A DNA stretch of 64,000 bases, from the NCBI GenBank assembly GCA_963782055.1, contig CAWAIF010000003.1, positions 4,992,001 to 5,056,000 of the forward strand. The letters are read 5' to 3'. The notes below the pieces were generated by a model. The model made no database searches. It saw only the letters and a list, made by a program, of their open reading frames with translations, and was not told the DNA's origin. The stretch is from an uncultured delta proteobacterium. GTDB lineage: Bacteria > Myxococcota_A > Polyangia > Polyangiales > Polyangiaceae. A program made the position numbers and the translations under genes. Positions 56,382 to 64,000 of the stretch are shown one piece after another. Numbering within the stretch: position 1 is the stretch's first letter; every line of letters starts with the position of its first letter.

Positions 56382-57016
56382 TGGGTCCTTCGTCTGCGGA
56401 CCGTGAGGGCGAGCAGGCCGGCCATCGTCAAGATCAGCCCCGCGCCGTCGTGCGCCCCGCCGGCGCCGCCGGCGTCGCAGCCGCTCGAGGGGGGTGGAGC
56501 CGGCGGCGGCGTGCTGTCCTGGTCGGTATACTCGATCTTGGTCGTGTCGAAGCCGTCGTCGCTGGCGAACTTCAGCGCCGCGTCGATGTCGCTCTGCGCC
56601 ATGTGCTTGTCGCGGGCGAGGATCCACAGGTACTGCCGGGACGGGTGGCCGACGACGAACCAGCTCTGGTCGGGGGCCATGTACAGGACGTCGTAGTCCC
56701 CGAGGAAGCCGCCCAGGTCGATCTTCAGCCGGCCCTGCTCCGAGGGGTTGGAGGCGTAGAGCGCCGCGGTGGACGTCAGGTGCTCGCCGTTGGCCAGCAC
56801 GCAGTCGTGCACGACCCCCATCTTGGACGAGTCGATGGCCTTGTACGTCGCCACCGTGTGGCTGCAACCCTGCTCGGTGGGCCGCGGCAGGTGGGCGATC
56901 TCGTACCAGGTGCCCTGGAGCTGAGCGAGCTTCACGTCGGGCGCCACGTCGAGCGGCGGATCGCACGCCGCCGTCGCGAGCGCCACGCAGAGGAGAGCCA
57001 CCTTCACGACGTTCAT
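56378..57016 (-). CDS. Bacterial lipocalin (Blc-like) with C-terminal MYXO-CTERM-like tail
   Basis: TAAC lipobox, GTWYEIAHLP, SRQYLWILAR; SSGC...LILTMAGLLALTVRRRR. Confidence 0.9.
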   Translation of the reverse strand: MNVVKVALLCVALATAACDPPLDVAPDVKLAQLQGTWYEIAHLPRPTEQGCSHTVATYKAIDSSKMGVVHDCVLANGEHLTSTAALYASNPSEQGRLKIDLGGFLGDYDVLYMAPDQSWFVVGHPSRQYLWILARDKHMAQSDIDAALKFASDDGFDTTKIEYTDQDSTPPPAPPPSSGCDAGGAGGAHDGAGLILTMAGLLALTVRRRRTQ

Positions 57017-57522
57017 GCTCGCCTCCTCCTTCGCCGAAGGATCACGCCGCCCACGAGCAGCGCCGCGATCGCCGGCACCATCGGGCCGGTGCCGCCCGGC
57101 GACGCGCCGCAGCCGTAGATCACGACGTCGCCCGTGTTGCCGCCGCCGGCGGTGCCCCCGTCGCACTGGACGTTCGCGTTCGGGTCGTTGCACGCCTTGA
57201 GCTCGTCGGTGTCGATCAGGCCGTCGCAGTTGGTGTCGATCTTGTTCGACGTCATCTGGGTGAGGGCGGCCTGCAGCGACGCCTGGTCGTACTTCACCAG
57301 GCCGTAGATCTGCATCTGCCGGCCGAACGGCTTGGTGATGGTGCCCGCACCGCCTGCGTTGTTGGTGTGGCACACGTTGCACTGGGGCACGCACGAGACG
57401 CCCAGGTCCGACGCGATCGCCGCGGGGAAGTCGGGCGTGGCCCGCGCGACCGCCGGCGTCAGCAGGAGCGCCGCCGCGATCGACGCGAGCACGAGGGCGT
57501 GGCGGGTCGGGGAGGCGGACAT
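57013..57522 (-). CDS. Monoheme c protein with MYXO-CTERM-like sorting tail
   Basis: Signal ending ARA; FP...CNVCH...GGAG..TKPFGR; DTNCDGLID; YGC...AIAALLVGGVILRRRRRR. Confidence 0.85.
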   Translation of the reverse strand: MSASPTRHALVLASIAAALLLTPAVARATPDFPAAIASDLGVSCVPQCNVCHTNNAGGAGTITKPFGRQMQIYGLVKYDQASLQAALTQMTSNKIDTNCDGLIDTDELKACNDPNANVQCDGGTAGGGNTGDVVIYGCGASPGGTGPMVPAIAALLVGGVILRRRRRRA

Positions 57523-58787
57523 CAGAGGTACCCGTGGAGCTGGAAGAGGAAGGACGTCACGTCGGAGCGGGAGGACACGCCGGCGATGGACTGCTGCACC
57601 CAGTCGAAGCGGAAGTCGAAGTGGGGCGCGAAGAACCACCAGACCCCGAGCCAGCCACCCACCGACGTGGACACCTGATCGAAGGACGGGTTGTAGAACT
57701 CACCGGTGGCGAGGATGTGGATGCCCTGGAACACCTGCACGTCCGCCTGGAGGTAGCCCACCGTGCCGAAGTGGTTCTCCGCCTGGCCGGAGACGAGCTC
57801 CGAGTTGAAGAGCAGGTCCGCCTCCGCGAGCAGGACGAGCGGCTCCACGGGCGAGACCCGGGCGAACAAGCCGTGGGCCTGGCGCCACGCCGGTCCCGGC
57901 TGCACCGCGGGGTTCATCTCCTTGCCGATGAGATCCGTTCGCGACTCGTCCGCGTGCGTGATCTCGGAGCTCACGCCGAAGCCCATCTTCTCCGCGGCGA
58001 GCCACTCGAGGTAGGCGGAGCCACCGCGCTCGTGCGGGCCGTCCCAGCTGCTGGCCCCGTGGATCTGGTAGTTGCCGAGGATGGCCATCGCCTCCCCGCG
58101 GAAGTGCTCCCCGGTGTACGCGAGGGAGAGGCCGTGCTCCTGCGCGGCGTTGATGTCACTGCGCGTGGCGACGCGCGCCCAGAGCGTGTGCTCCACCGAT
58201 CTCAGCCCGAAGGGCACGTTCATCCTGCCGAGGCGCAGCAGGAACTGGTTGTCCGCGCCCAGATCGACGCCCATCCAGTACTGCCGCGCGACGATGGCGC
58301 CCCAGTCGGCTGGCTGGTTGGTCACCGAGGCGGCGAGCGCGCCGCTGTCGCGATTGTAGCCGATGCTCCCGTTCAGGCGGAACCGGCCGAACTTGAGCTG
58401 CGCGGACTGGTCGGCCTGCATCAGCACGACGCGCGGGGTCGCGTACCCGGACGAGCTCGTCCCGTTGACGTACAGGAGCGTGCGCACGTCCGTCTGCAGC
58501 AGCAGCTGATCGGGCAGCGTCACGCCGCCGAACAGGAAGTTGCCGAGGGTCCCGGGGTCCTCAATCTTCCCCTTGTAAGGCGTGCGGAGGACCACCTCCT
58601 CCATCCCGCGGCCGTACTGCGTGAGGATCCCCGAACCGGATGGGTCCGCGTGGCACGTGTTGCACGTGTTGTAGCCCTCGCGGATCATCCACGGGAACGC
58701 GTGGGCGGTGCGGCTGGACAGCACCACGTACAGCATCACCGCGAGCGCACCGAGGGCGCGCAGCACCAGTTGGGTCGACCGAGTCAT
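57522..58787 (-). CDS. Cytochrome c-porin fusion (Cyc2-like architecture)
   Basis: Signal ending AHA, then FPWMIREGYNTCNTCHADPSGSGILTQYGR; alternating beta-strands; LGRMNVPFGL; C-terminal FQLHGYL. Confidence 0.8.
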   Translation of the reverse strand: MTRSTQLVLRALGALAVMLYVVLSSRTAHAFPWMIREGYNTCNTCHADPSGSGILTQYGRGMEEVVLRTPYKGKIEDPGTLGNFLFGGVTLPDQLLLQTDVRTLLYVNGTSSSGYATPRVVLMQADQSAQLKFGRFRLNGSIGYNRDSGALAASVTNQPADWGAIVARQYWMGVDLGADNQFLLRLGRMNVPFGLRSVEHTLWARVATRSDINAAQEHGLSLAYTGEHFRGEAMAILGNYQIHGASSWDGPHERGGSAYLEWLAAEKMGFGVSSEITHADESRTDLIGKEMNPAVQPGPAWRQAHGLFARVSPVEPLVLLAEADLLFNSELVSGQAENHFGTVGYLQADVQVFQGIHILATGEFYNPSFDQVSTSVGGWLGVWWFFAPHFDFRFDWVQQSIAGVSSRSDVTSFLFQLHGYL

Positions 58788-59109
58788 GCGTGCGTCGAAG
58801 GCTTTGGAGGGGCCTCTCCCGCTACTCCGTGGCGTTGAACTCCACCTGCACGTCCACCCCGGGCTTCACCGTGATGCCAAGAGACGAAGGGGTCGGGGTG
58901 CCGCAGTCGCGGATGTCGAGGCGAACCGTCCCGAGCTCGCGCAGCGTACTCCGAGTCCTGCCGAGGGTGTAGTGAAACGTTCTCGCCTTGGACTTGCCGT
59001 GGAGTCTTCGCCATCCTTCCATCGCGTGGGCGCGAACCGGGTGCGCCCTTCGTGCAACGGTCGCCCAAGACGGAAGACCCCGCACAAGTCCAACACGCGG
59101 AGGGAGCGG

Positions 59110-60528
59110 ATGATGTCCAGGACGATTTCGGTGTTCATTGCAGGACTCGTCACCTTCGCGCTCGGGTGCGGAGCGGAGACCGCCGCGGGCAAGATCGGCC
59201 CTGTCCCGGTGCCCCCCACGCCGCCCCCCCCTGTCGTCCACGGTGTTGCGGCCACGCAGTTTCGCGCGGCCATGGCCGCCTTCATCGCGCACGACACCGC
59301 GAGCCCGCCGTCGTGGGACGCCGCGAGCTGCGCCGAGGTCGCCCGGATGTTCGACGCCTCGGCCTCCTCGCACGGCAAGTTCCCCGAGGCCACCTTCGAC
59401 GCCGGCCTCGCCTACCAGCGCTGTCACGACTCCAGCGCGGCGCTCGAGCACTTCCAGAAGGCGCTCGCCCAGGACGCGAAGTTCCACCCCGCGCGCGTGC
59501 AGGTCGCCCTCTACCGCTACAGGGCGGATGGCAACATCGACACGGCGATCGCCCAGCTCCACCGAGCCGTCCTCGACGCCCAGTTCCGCGACGTCGCCGC
59601 CCTCGTCAACCTCGCGATGCTCCAGATGCAGCGCGGCGCCCCCACCGCCGGCATCCGCTGCAGCGACGACATGGAGTGTGCGAAGACGAACCTCCAGCGC
59701 GCGCTCGCGATCGACGACAGCTACATGCCTGCGTTCAATCAGCTCGCCCTCTTCTACCTTCAGCAGGCGAAGGCCCGCGCCGGGGAGAGCACCCATCGCG
59801 GCGGCCGCAGCGTCGCCACCAGCGTGTCGACGACGAAGCGCGCCGACGTCCAGCAGCTCGAGCTCGCCGCGCTCGTCTGCTCGCAGGCCATCCGCAAGAG
59901 TCCCGACTACGCGCCCATCCACAACACCGCAGGCCTGATCCAGAACGAGCTCGGCTCCATCAACGGCGCCGTCGCCGAGTTCGCCACGGCCGCCCGCCTC
60001 GACCCGGGCTTCTTCGAGGCGCGGATGAACTACGCCGCGGTCAACCTCTCCTTCCGCGGCTTCGGTCAGGCCGAGAGCGCCTACAAGCGCGCGCTCGCGC
60101 TGCCCGGGCACGAGAAGGACTACGACGCGCACCTCGGCCTGGCGCTGGCGCTGCGCGGCCAGATCACCGACGCCAACTACGAGGCGCAGGTCGCCGCAGT
60201 GCAGTCGCAGCTCGACACGTGCAAGTCGGTCGACCCGAGCCGCCCCGACGCCTACTTCAACGAGGGCATCCTCACGCAGGAGTACAAGGCGAAGGCAGGG
60301 ACCAGCGCGGACGCGACCATCGCGTCCCTCGAGGCGGCCATCGCCAGCCTGACCGACTTCGTGGCGAAGGCCGCGGGGAAGCCGGCGTACGACGGCGCGG
60401 TGAAGCGGGCGGAGGAGCGGATCCAGGACGCGAGGGACACCATCAGCTTCCTCCGGGTGCCGAAGCTCACGCCCCAGGCCGGTGCGGCGCCCGGGAGTGG
60501 ATCGGCTCCCACGCGCGCCGGCGAGTGA
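59110..60528 (+). CDS. TPR-repeat lipoprotein (possibly GltE/AglT-like)
   Basis: ALGC lipobox, GGAG SD; many TPR units (FDAGLAY, HNTAGLI, HLGLALAL, YFNEGIL). Confidence 0.8.
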   Translation: MMSRTISVFIAGLVTFALGCGAETAAGKIGPVPVPPTPPPPVVHGVAATQFRAAMAAFIAHDTASPPSWDAASCAEVARMFDASASSHGKFPEATFDAGLAYQRCHDSSAALEHFQKALAQDAKFHPARVQVALYRYRADGNIDTAIAQLHRAVLDAQFRDVAALVNLAMLQMQRGAPTAGIRCSDDMECAKTNLQRALAIDDSYMPAFNQLALFYLQQAKARAGESTHRGGRSVATSVSTTKRADVQQLELAALVCSQAIRKSPDYAPIHNTAGLIQNELGSINGAVAEFATAARLDPGFFEARMNYAAVNLSFRGFGQAESAYKRALALPGHEKDYDAHLGLALALRGQITDANYEAQVAAVQSQLDTCKSVDPSRPDAYFNEGILTQEYKAKAGTSADATIASLEAAIASLTDFVAKAAGKPAYDGAVKRAEERIQDARDTISFLRVPKLTPQAGAAPGSGSAPTRAGE

Positions 60529-60597
60529 GCTGCATCGAGAACGGAGGGCGATCGCGCGTGCCACCAGGTTCCGAGACACGTAGCCTGGACGCGCGAC

Positions 60598-60624
60598 GAG
60601 GACCTCCGTCGCACGGAGGTCCTC
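60598..60624 (+). promoter_or_regulatory. 12-bp hairpin that sequesters the downstream SD sequence
   Basis: GAGGACCTCCGT-CGC-ACGGAGGTCCTC; GGAGG (60615-19) lies 8 nt before ATG 60628. Confidence 0.6.
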
Positions 60625-60627
60625 CGC

Positions 60628-61560
60628 ATGTCGAGCAACGCGTACACGACCCAGCTACGCGCCCTGATGTGTCCTACCTGCGGCGCGCCGGTCACGATGT
60701 CACCGCAGGGCGGCACCTACCAGTGCGGCTACTGCCGCGCCGTGGGCAGCGTCGGCGCGCGCAACGACGCGCCCCAGCAGCGGCCGCCGCCCTCGCCCGC
60801 CGAGGAGCAAGCGCGGATCGCCAAGCTGCGCTTCCAGTACGAGCAAGGCCCCCAGGCGAGCCCCTACACCACCTTCTCTGCGCCCACCGACGTCACGCAC
60901 CTCGCCAAGCTCCGGCCGCCGCATAGCTGGGGTCCGTGGTTCGAGGCGTGGAAGTACGCCGTCGCGCTGCTCGCGCAGGACCCGAGCGCGCACAACCAGA
61001 AGCGCGTGGCCTGGCTGGCGCAGCTCACGACGACGGGCATCCTCGATCTGTCGACGAGCGACCCGGTGCGGGCCCGCGCCATCCGCGAGACCGCGCTCGA
61101 GCTTTTGTCCGACCCGGGCCACAAGCACCTGATCCGCTGCGCCCTCAGCCGCGCCGCGTGCCTGCAGAGCGACCTGCCCTCCGCGGAGCAGTGGCTCGCG
61201 GCGTGCGACCCGTACCCCGGCAACATCACGCTCGACACCGACTATCGTCTCTCGGCTTCGTACCTTCACGTCGCTCACGGTCGCGCGGGCGCGATCTTGG
61301 AGACCCTCGGCAACCAGCCGGGCGCCGTACCGATCGACTACGGGCGCGACATGCTCGCCGGACTGCTGCGGGTGCACGCGTGCGAGGAGCTGGGCTACCC
61401 GCAGGCGGCGGACGGCCAGCTCGGCTGGCTGTACGAGCAGGAGAAGCAGCTCGATGGGCCCATCATCCTGTCGATCCTCAAGGCCAACGCGGCCCTCAAC
61501 CTGTGCCGGCGCACGTGCGCGCGACTCCGGATCCGAGATCCCGCAGTGAGCGTCGGGTGA
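60628..61560 (+). CDS. Hypothetical protein, N-terminal Zn ribbon + helical repeats
   Basis: CPTCGAP...CGYC; GGAGG SD. Confidence 0.8.
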   Translation: MSSNAYTTQLRALMCPTCGAPVTMSPQGGTYQCGYCRAVGSVGARNDAPQQRPPPSPAEEQARIAKLRFQYEQGPQASPYTTFSAPTDVTHLAKLRPPHSWGPWFEAWKYAVALLAQDPSAHNQKRVAWLAQLTTTGILDLSTSDPVRARAIRETALELLSDPGHKHLIRCALSRAACLQSDLPSAEQWLAACDPYPGNITLDTDYRLSASYLHVAHGRAGAILETLGNQPGAVPIDYGRDMLAGLLRVHACEELGYPQAADGQLGWLYEQEKQLDGPIILSILKANAALNLCRRTCARLRIRDPAVSVG

Positions 61561-61613
61561 GCCCCGGCGAGCCCGATGTGCCTCACGACGCGGCGACGAA
61601 GACGTCGACCCAT

Positions 61614-62916
61614 TCAGCGCGCCAGCACCGTCCCGAAGCGCGGCGCGGGGCTGATCACGCCGCCGGCGGGCACCTCGGTCTTGCCGCTGCGCGAGTGGAG
61701 GACGACGCGGCCCACCGCCCCTCCCCCGCCGCATGCGTACCGGGAGGAGAGACCGCCCGGAGCATCGTCACCCTGACCGGCGGGGCCCTCCAGCAATCCG
61801 CCGCGACCGCCGTCGGTCCCGGCAGTGGTCGCCTGCGCCGCGCCGAGAATGCCGTCCGCTCCCCCGGCGCCGCACCCGCCGGCACCCCCATTGGCCGCGG
61901 CCGCGGCGGCCGGGGTCACGTCGATCACCGGCGCCTCCAGCAGCGCCATGCCGCCGGCGCCGCCACCGCCCTTGCCTCCGGTCGTGCCCACGCCGCCGCA
62001 CCCGCACGCGTCGATGGACGCGCCCAGCTCCAGCGTGTCGCCCGCCACGAGCTGGACGGCCCCGCCGCCGGCGCCACCCGCTCCCTTGCCCTGCGAGCCT
62101 CCGCCGCTGCCGCCGAAGATGGCGAGCAAGCCGCCGTCGAGCGACGGAAGCGGCGCGCCGCCCTCGCCTCCGGCGAACTTGAGGATGGATCCGCCCGCGC
62201 CGCCGGCCGCCCCGTGACCGGCGCCGCCTCCGCCCGCGTAGCACGAGACCCCCATCGAGTCGCAGAATCCCACCCGCGCCGTGCCCGCCCGGAGACGGGC
62301 CTTGCTCCGCGCCGTATCCGCCCGGGCCCGGCGCACCGGCCTCGCAGTCACCGCGCACCGTCAGCGGCCCCTCCAGCAGCATCTTCGTCGCGGCGAGGAT
62401 GGCCGCGGCGCGGCTCCCGATCACGGTCACGTGGGTCGTCTTCGCGATGAGGAGCGAGCGGAAGCCGAAGATGCCCAGCTTCGGCGAGGGCACCGTGAGC
62501 CGCGAGTCGTCGAGCTGATCGGCCAGGCGGAAGGTGATGCCGCTCGCGGCGTCCACGCCGACGCCCGGCGCGCGCACCACCGTGGCGCCGCTGGAGATGG
62601 CGCCGTCGTCGGTGTCGATGACATAGCCGTCCGGCGAGGTCCACGTCGCCTCCGCGGTGGCCGGCTCGTAATCGGTGGGGTCCGCGACGCCCGCGGGGTC
62701 GATCTCCCTGCACCGCGGCGAAGGGTCCGCCACGCAGCCGAGGGGGCACGGCTGCACGCCGCCGTCACACGCCTTCAGCCCCGTGGCGTCGGCGGTGCAC
62801 GCGACGCCGCACGGCGTCCCGCCGTCCTCGCCCCGGCCCAGGTCGTCCAGCGAGGTGATCAGGCTGCACCCGACCAGGCCCGCGGCGACCGCGCTCAGAA
62901 GGAGCCCCCAGCGCAT
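61614..62916 (-). pseudogene. Gly-rich Cys-containing lipoprotein split by a +1 frameshift at the G run 62269-62271 (real or sequencing error)
   Basis: MRWGLLLSAVAAGLVGC...GGHGAG continues in another frame as GFCDSMGVSCYAGGGGAGHG...GGSGGG..GGAGGGAVQLVA. Confidence 0.75.
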
Positions 62917-63016
62917 CCCGCGAAGGTAGACCCGCCGTGGGGTGGCGTCGAGGGCGGCCGAGCGTCCACCTTCGCCGCGGTTGGCGCGCCGTCCGGCGCG
63001 TTGGTATCGTCGGGGG

Positions 63017-63586
63017 ATGAAGGGCGTGTCTCTGCTCGCGACCGCGCTGCTCGCCGGCTGCAACGCGTACGCCTCACGGCCCCCCGTGAACGCGGTGAAG
63101 GACGCGCCCATTGCCCACTTCGCGCGGGTGCGCGACGGACTGTATCGCGGCGGGCACCCGTCGGCGGCGGGGCTGGACTACCTGAAGGCGCACGGCGTGC
63201 GGACCATCGTCGACCTGGAGGTCGCCGACCTCGTCGAGGCCTCTCCCGGCGCCATCCACGACGAGGAGCGCGGCGCGAAGGTGCGCGGCATCCGGTGGGT
63301 GCACGCGCCGATGAGCGCCTTCGAGCCCGCGCTCAGCGGTCGCTTCGACGCGCAGGTGGACCGCCTGATGACCGTGCTGGCCGACCCGCACGCCGGACCG
63401 GTCTACGTCCACTGCCTGCACGGCCAGGACCGGACGGGCCTGGTCATCGGGCTGGAGCGGGTGATCGTCGAGGGCTGGACACCCGGCCGCGCGCACGCCG
63501 AGATGGTCCGCGACGGCTTCCACACGGCGTTCGCCGGGCTGGATGGCTACTTCGAGCGCAAGACCCACTCCGAAGCGGACCGGTGA
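63017..63586 (+). CDS. Protein-tyrosine/dual-specificity phosphatase family lipoprotein
   Basis: LAGC lipobox; LYRGGHP, GVRTIVDL, HCLHGQDRTG. Confidence 0.92.
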   Translation: MKGVSLLATALLAGCNAYASRPPVNAVKDAPIAHFARVRDGLYRGGHPSAAGLDYLKAHGVRTIVDLEVADLVEASPGAIHDEERGAKVRGIRWVHAPMSAFEPALSGRFDAQVDRLMTVLADPHAGPVYVHCLHGQDRTGLVIGLERVIVEGWTPGRAHAEMVRDGFHTAFAGLDGYFERKTHSEADR

Positions 63587-63639
63587 CGCTTCGCGATCAG
63601 GGCCGCTCGACGCGGCCTCGATCGGTGCGGAGGCCCGGG

Positions 63640-63999
63640 CTACGGGGGCAGCGCCGAGAAGTCATCGTAGGTGTAGACGCCGGTGGCGCCGTTCCCGCCC
63701 GAGAACCCGACCGCGCCCGGGGTGTCGATCCGCTCCGGGTCGGAATCGGACCACGACTGCTCGGCGATGAGCGTCCACTGGCTGTTCGCGTCGAGCGCTT
63801 CGATGGTCGCGCTCAGCTGGACGGGGTCGGTGCCGGCGGCGCCGAGCGACAGGCGATAGGAACCTCCTTCGTGCAGCACGGGTGAGATGGCGACCGCCGC
63901 CAGCTGGGTCTCCGCGGCCGCCCCGGTCTGCCGGGCGATCCAGGCCAGCGCGGGATCGTCCTCGATGTAGAAGATGTAGCCGTCGAATGCGTCCGGGGT
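63640..63999 (-). CDS. Hypothetical beta-sandwich protein, C-terminal part (start outside the window)
   Basis: Frame open from the window edge: DPDAFDGYIFYIEDD...YRLSL...GAVGFSG...YDDFSA. Confidence 0.65.
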   Translation of the reverse strand, partial: TPDAFDGYIFYIEDDPALAWIARQTGAAAETQLAAVAISPVLHEGGSYRLSLGAAGTDPVQLSATIEALDANSQWTLIAEQSWSDSDPERIDTPGAVGFSGGNGATGVYTYDDFSALPP

Positions 64000-64000
64000 C

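Noticed and set aside
58865..58880. Sigma-54 promoter for the heme-porin operon (TTGGCATCACGGTGAA, minus strand)
   Set aside because: The -12 element does not match TTGC at the required spacing.

Overview
Very GC-rich bacterial DNA. Many lipoproteins, MYXO-CTERM-like tails, a Myxococcus-type Cys-rich repeat, a sigma-54 activator and a eukaryote-like Ser/Thr kinase point to Myxococcota, probably Polyangiales; this is inferred, not searched. About 55 CDS are supportable, and I saw no rRNA, tRNA, CRISPR array or transposase. Recognisable genes: GAF/sigma-54 activator, phosphoesterase, rhomboid, several alpha/beta hydrolases, a CoA-activase/dehydratase pair with a divergent TetR, TruC-like and DTW tRNA-modifying enzymes, a GSDH-cytochrome fusion, a DegP-like protease, a kinase-FGE fusion, an AmpG-like MFS, WGR-DUF4132, and a FIST protein with a hybrid kinase. 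Main leads: (1) a translationally coupled operon of a Cyc2-like heme-porin, a MYXO-CTERM monoheme protein, a MYXO-CTERM lipocalin and a lipoprotein, facing a triheme lipoprotein; (2) a putative sigma-54 unit with an orphan HicB-like protein and a 3xHhH-NuiA lipoprotein; (3) a ~170-bp multi-hairpin intergenic element in two copies, with related REP-like units; (4) a ferritin-like gene divergent from twin Cys-rich paralogues; (5) TANNNT hexamers 6-8 nt before many start codons, suggesting leaderless mRNAs; (6) two +1 frameshifts. All family calls come from motif recognition by eye.
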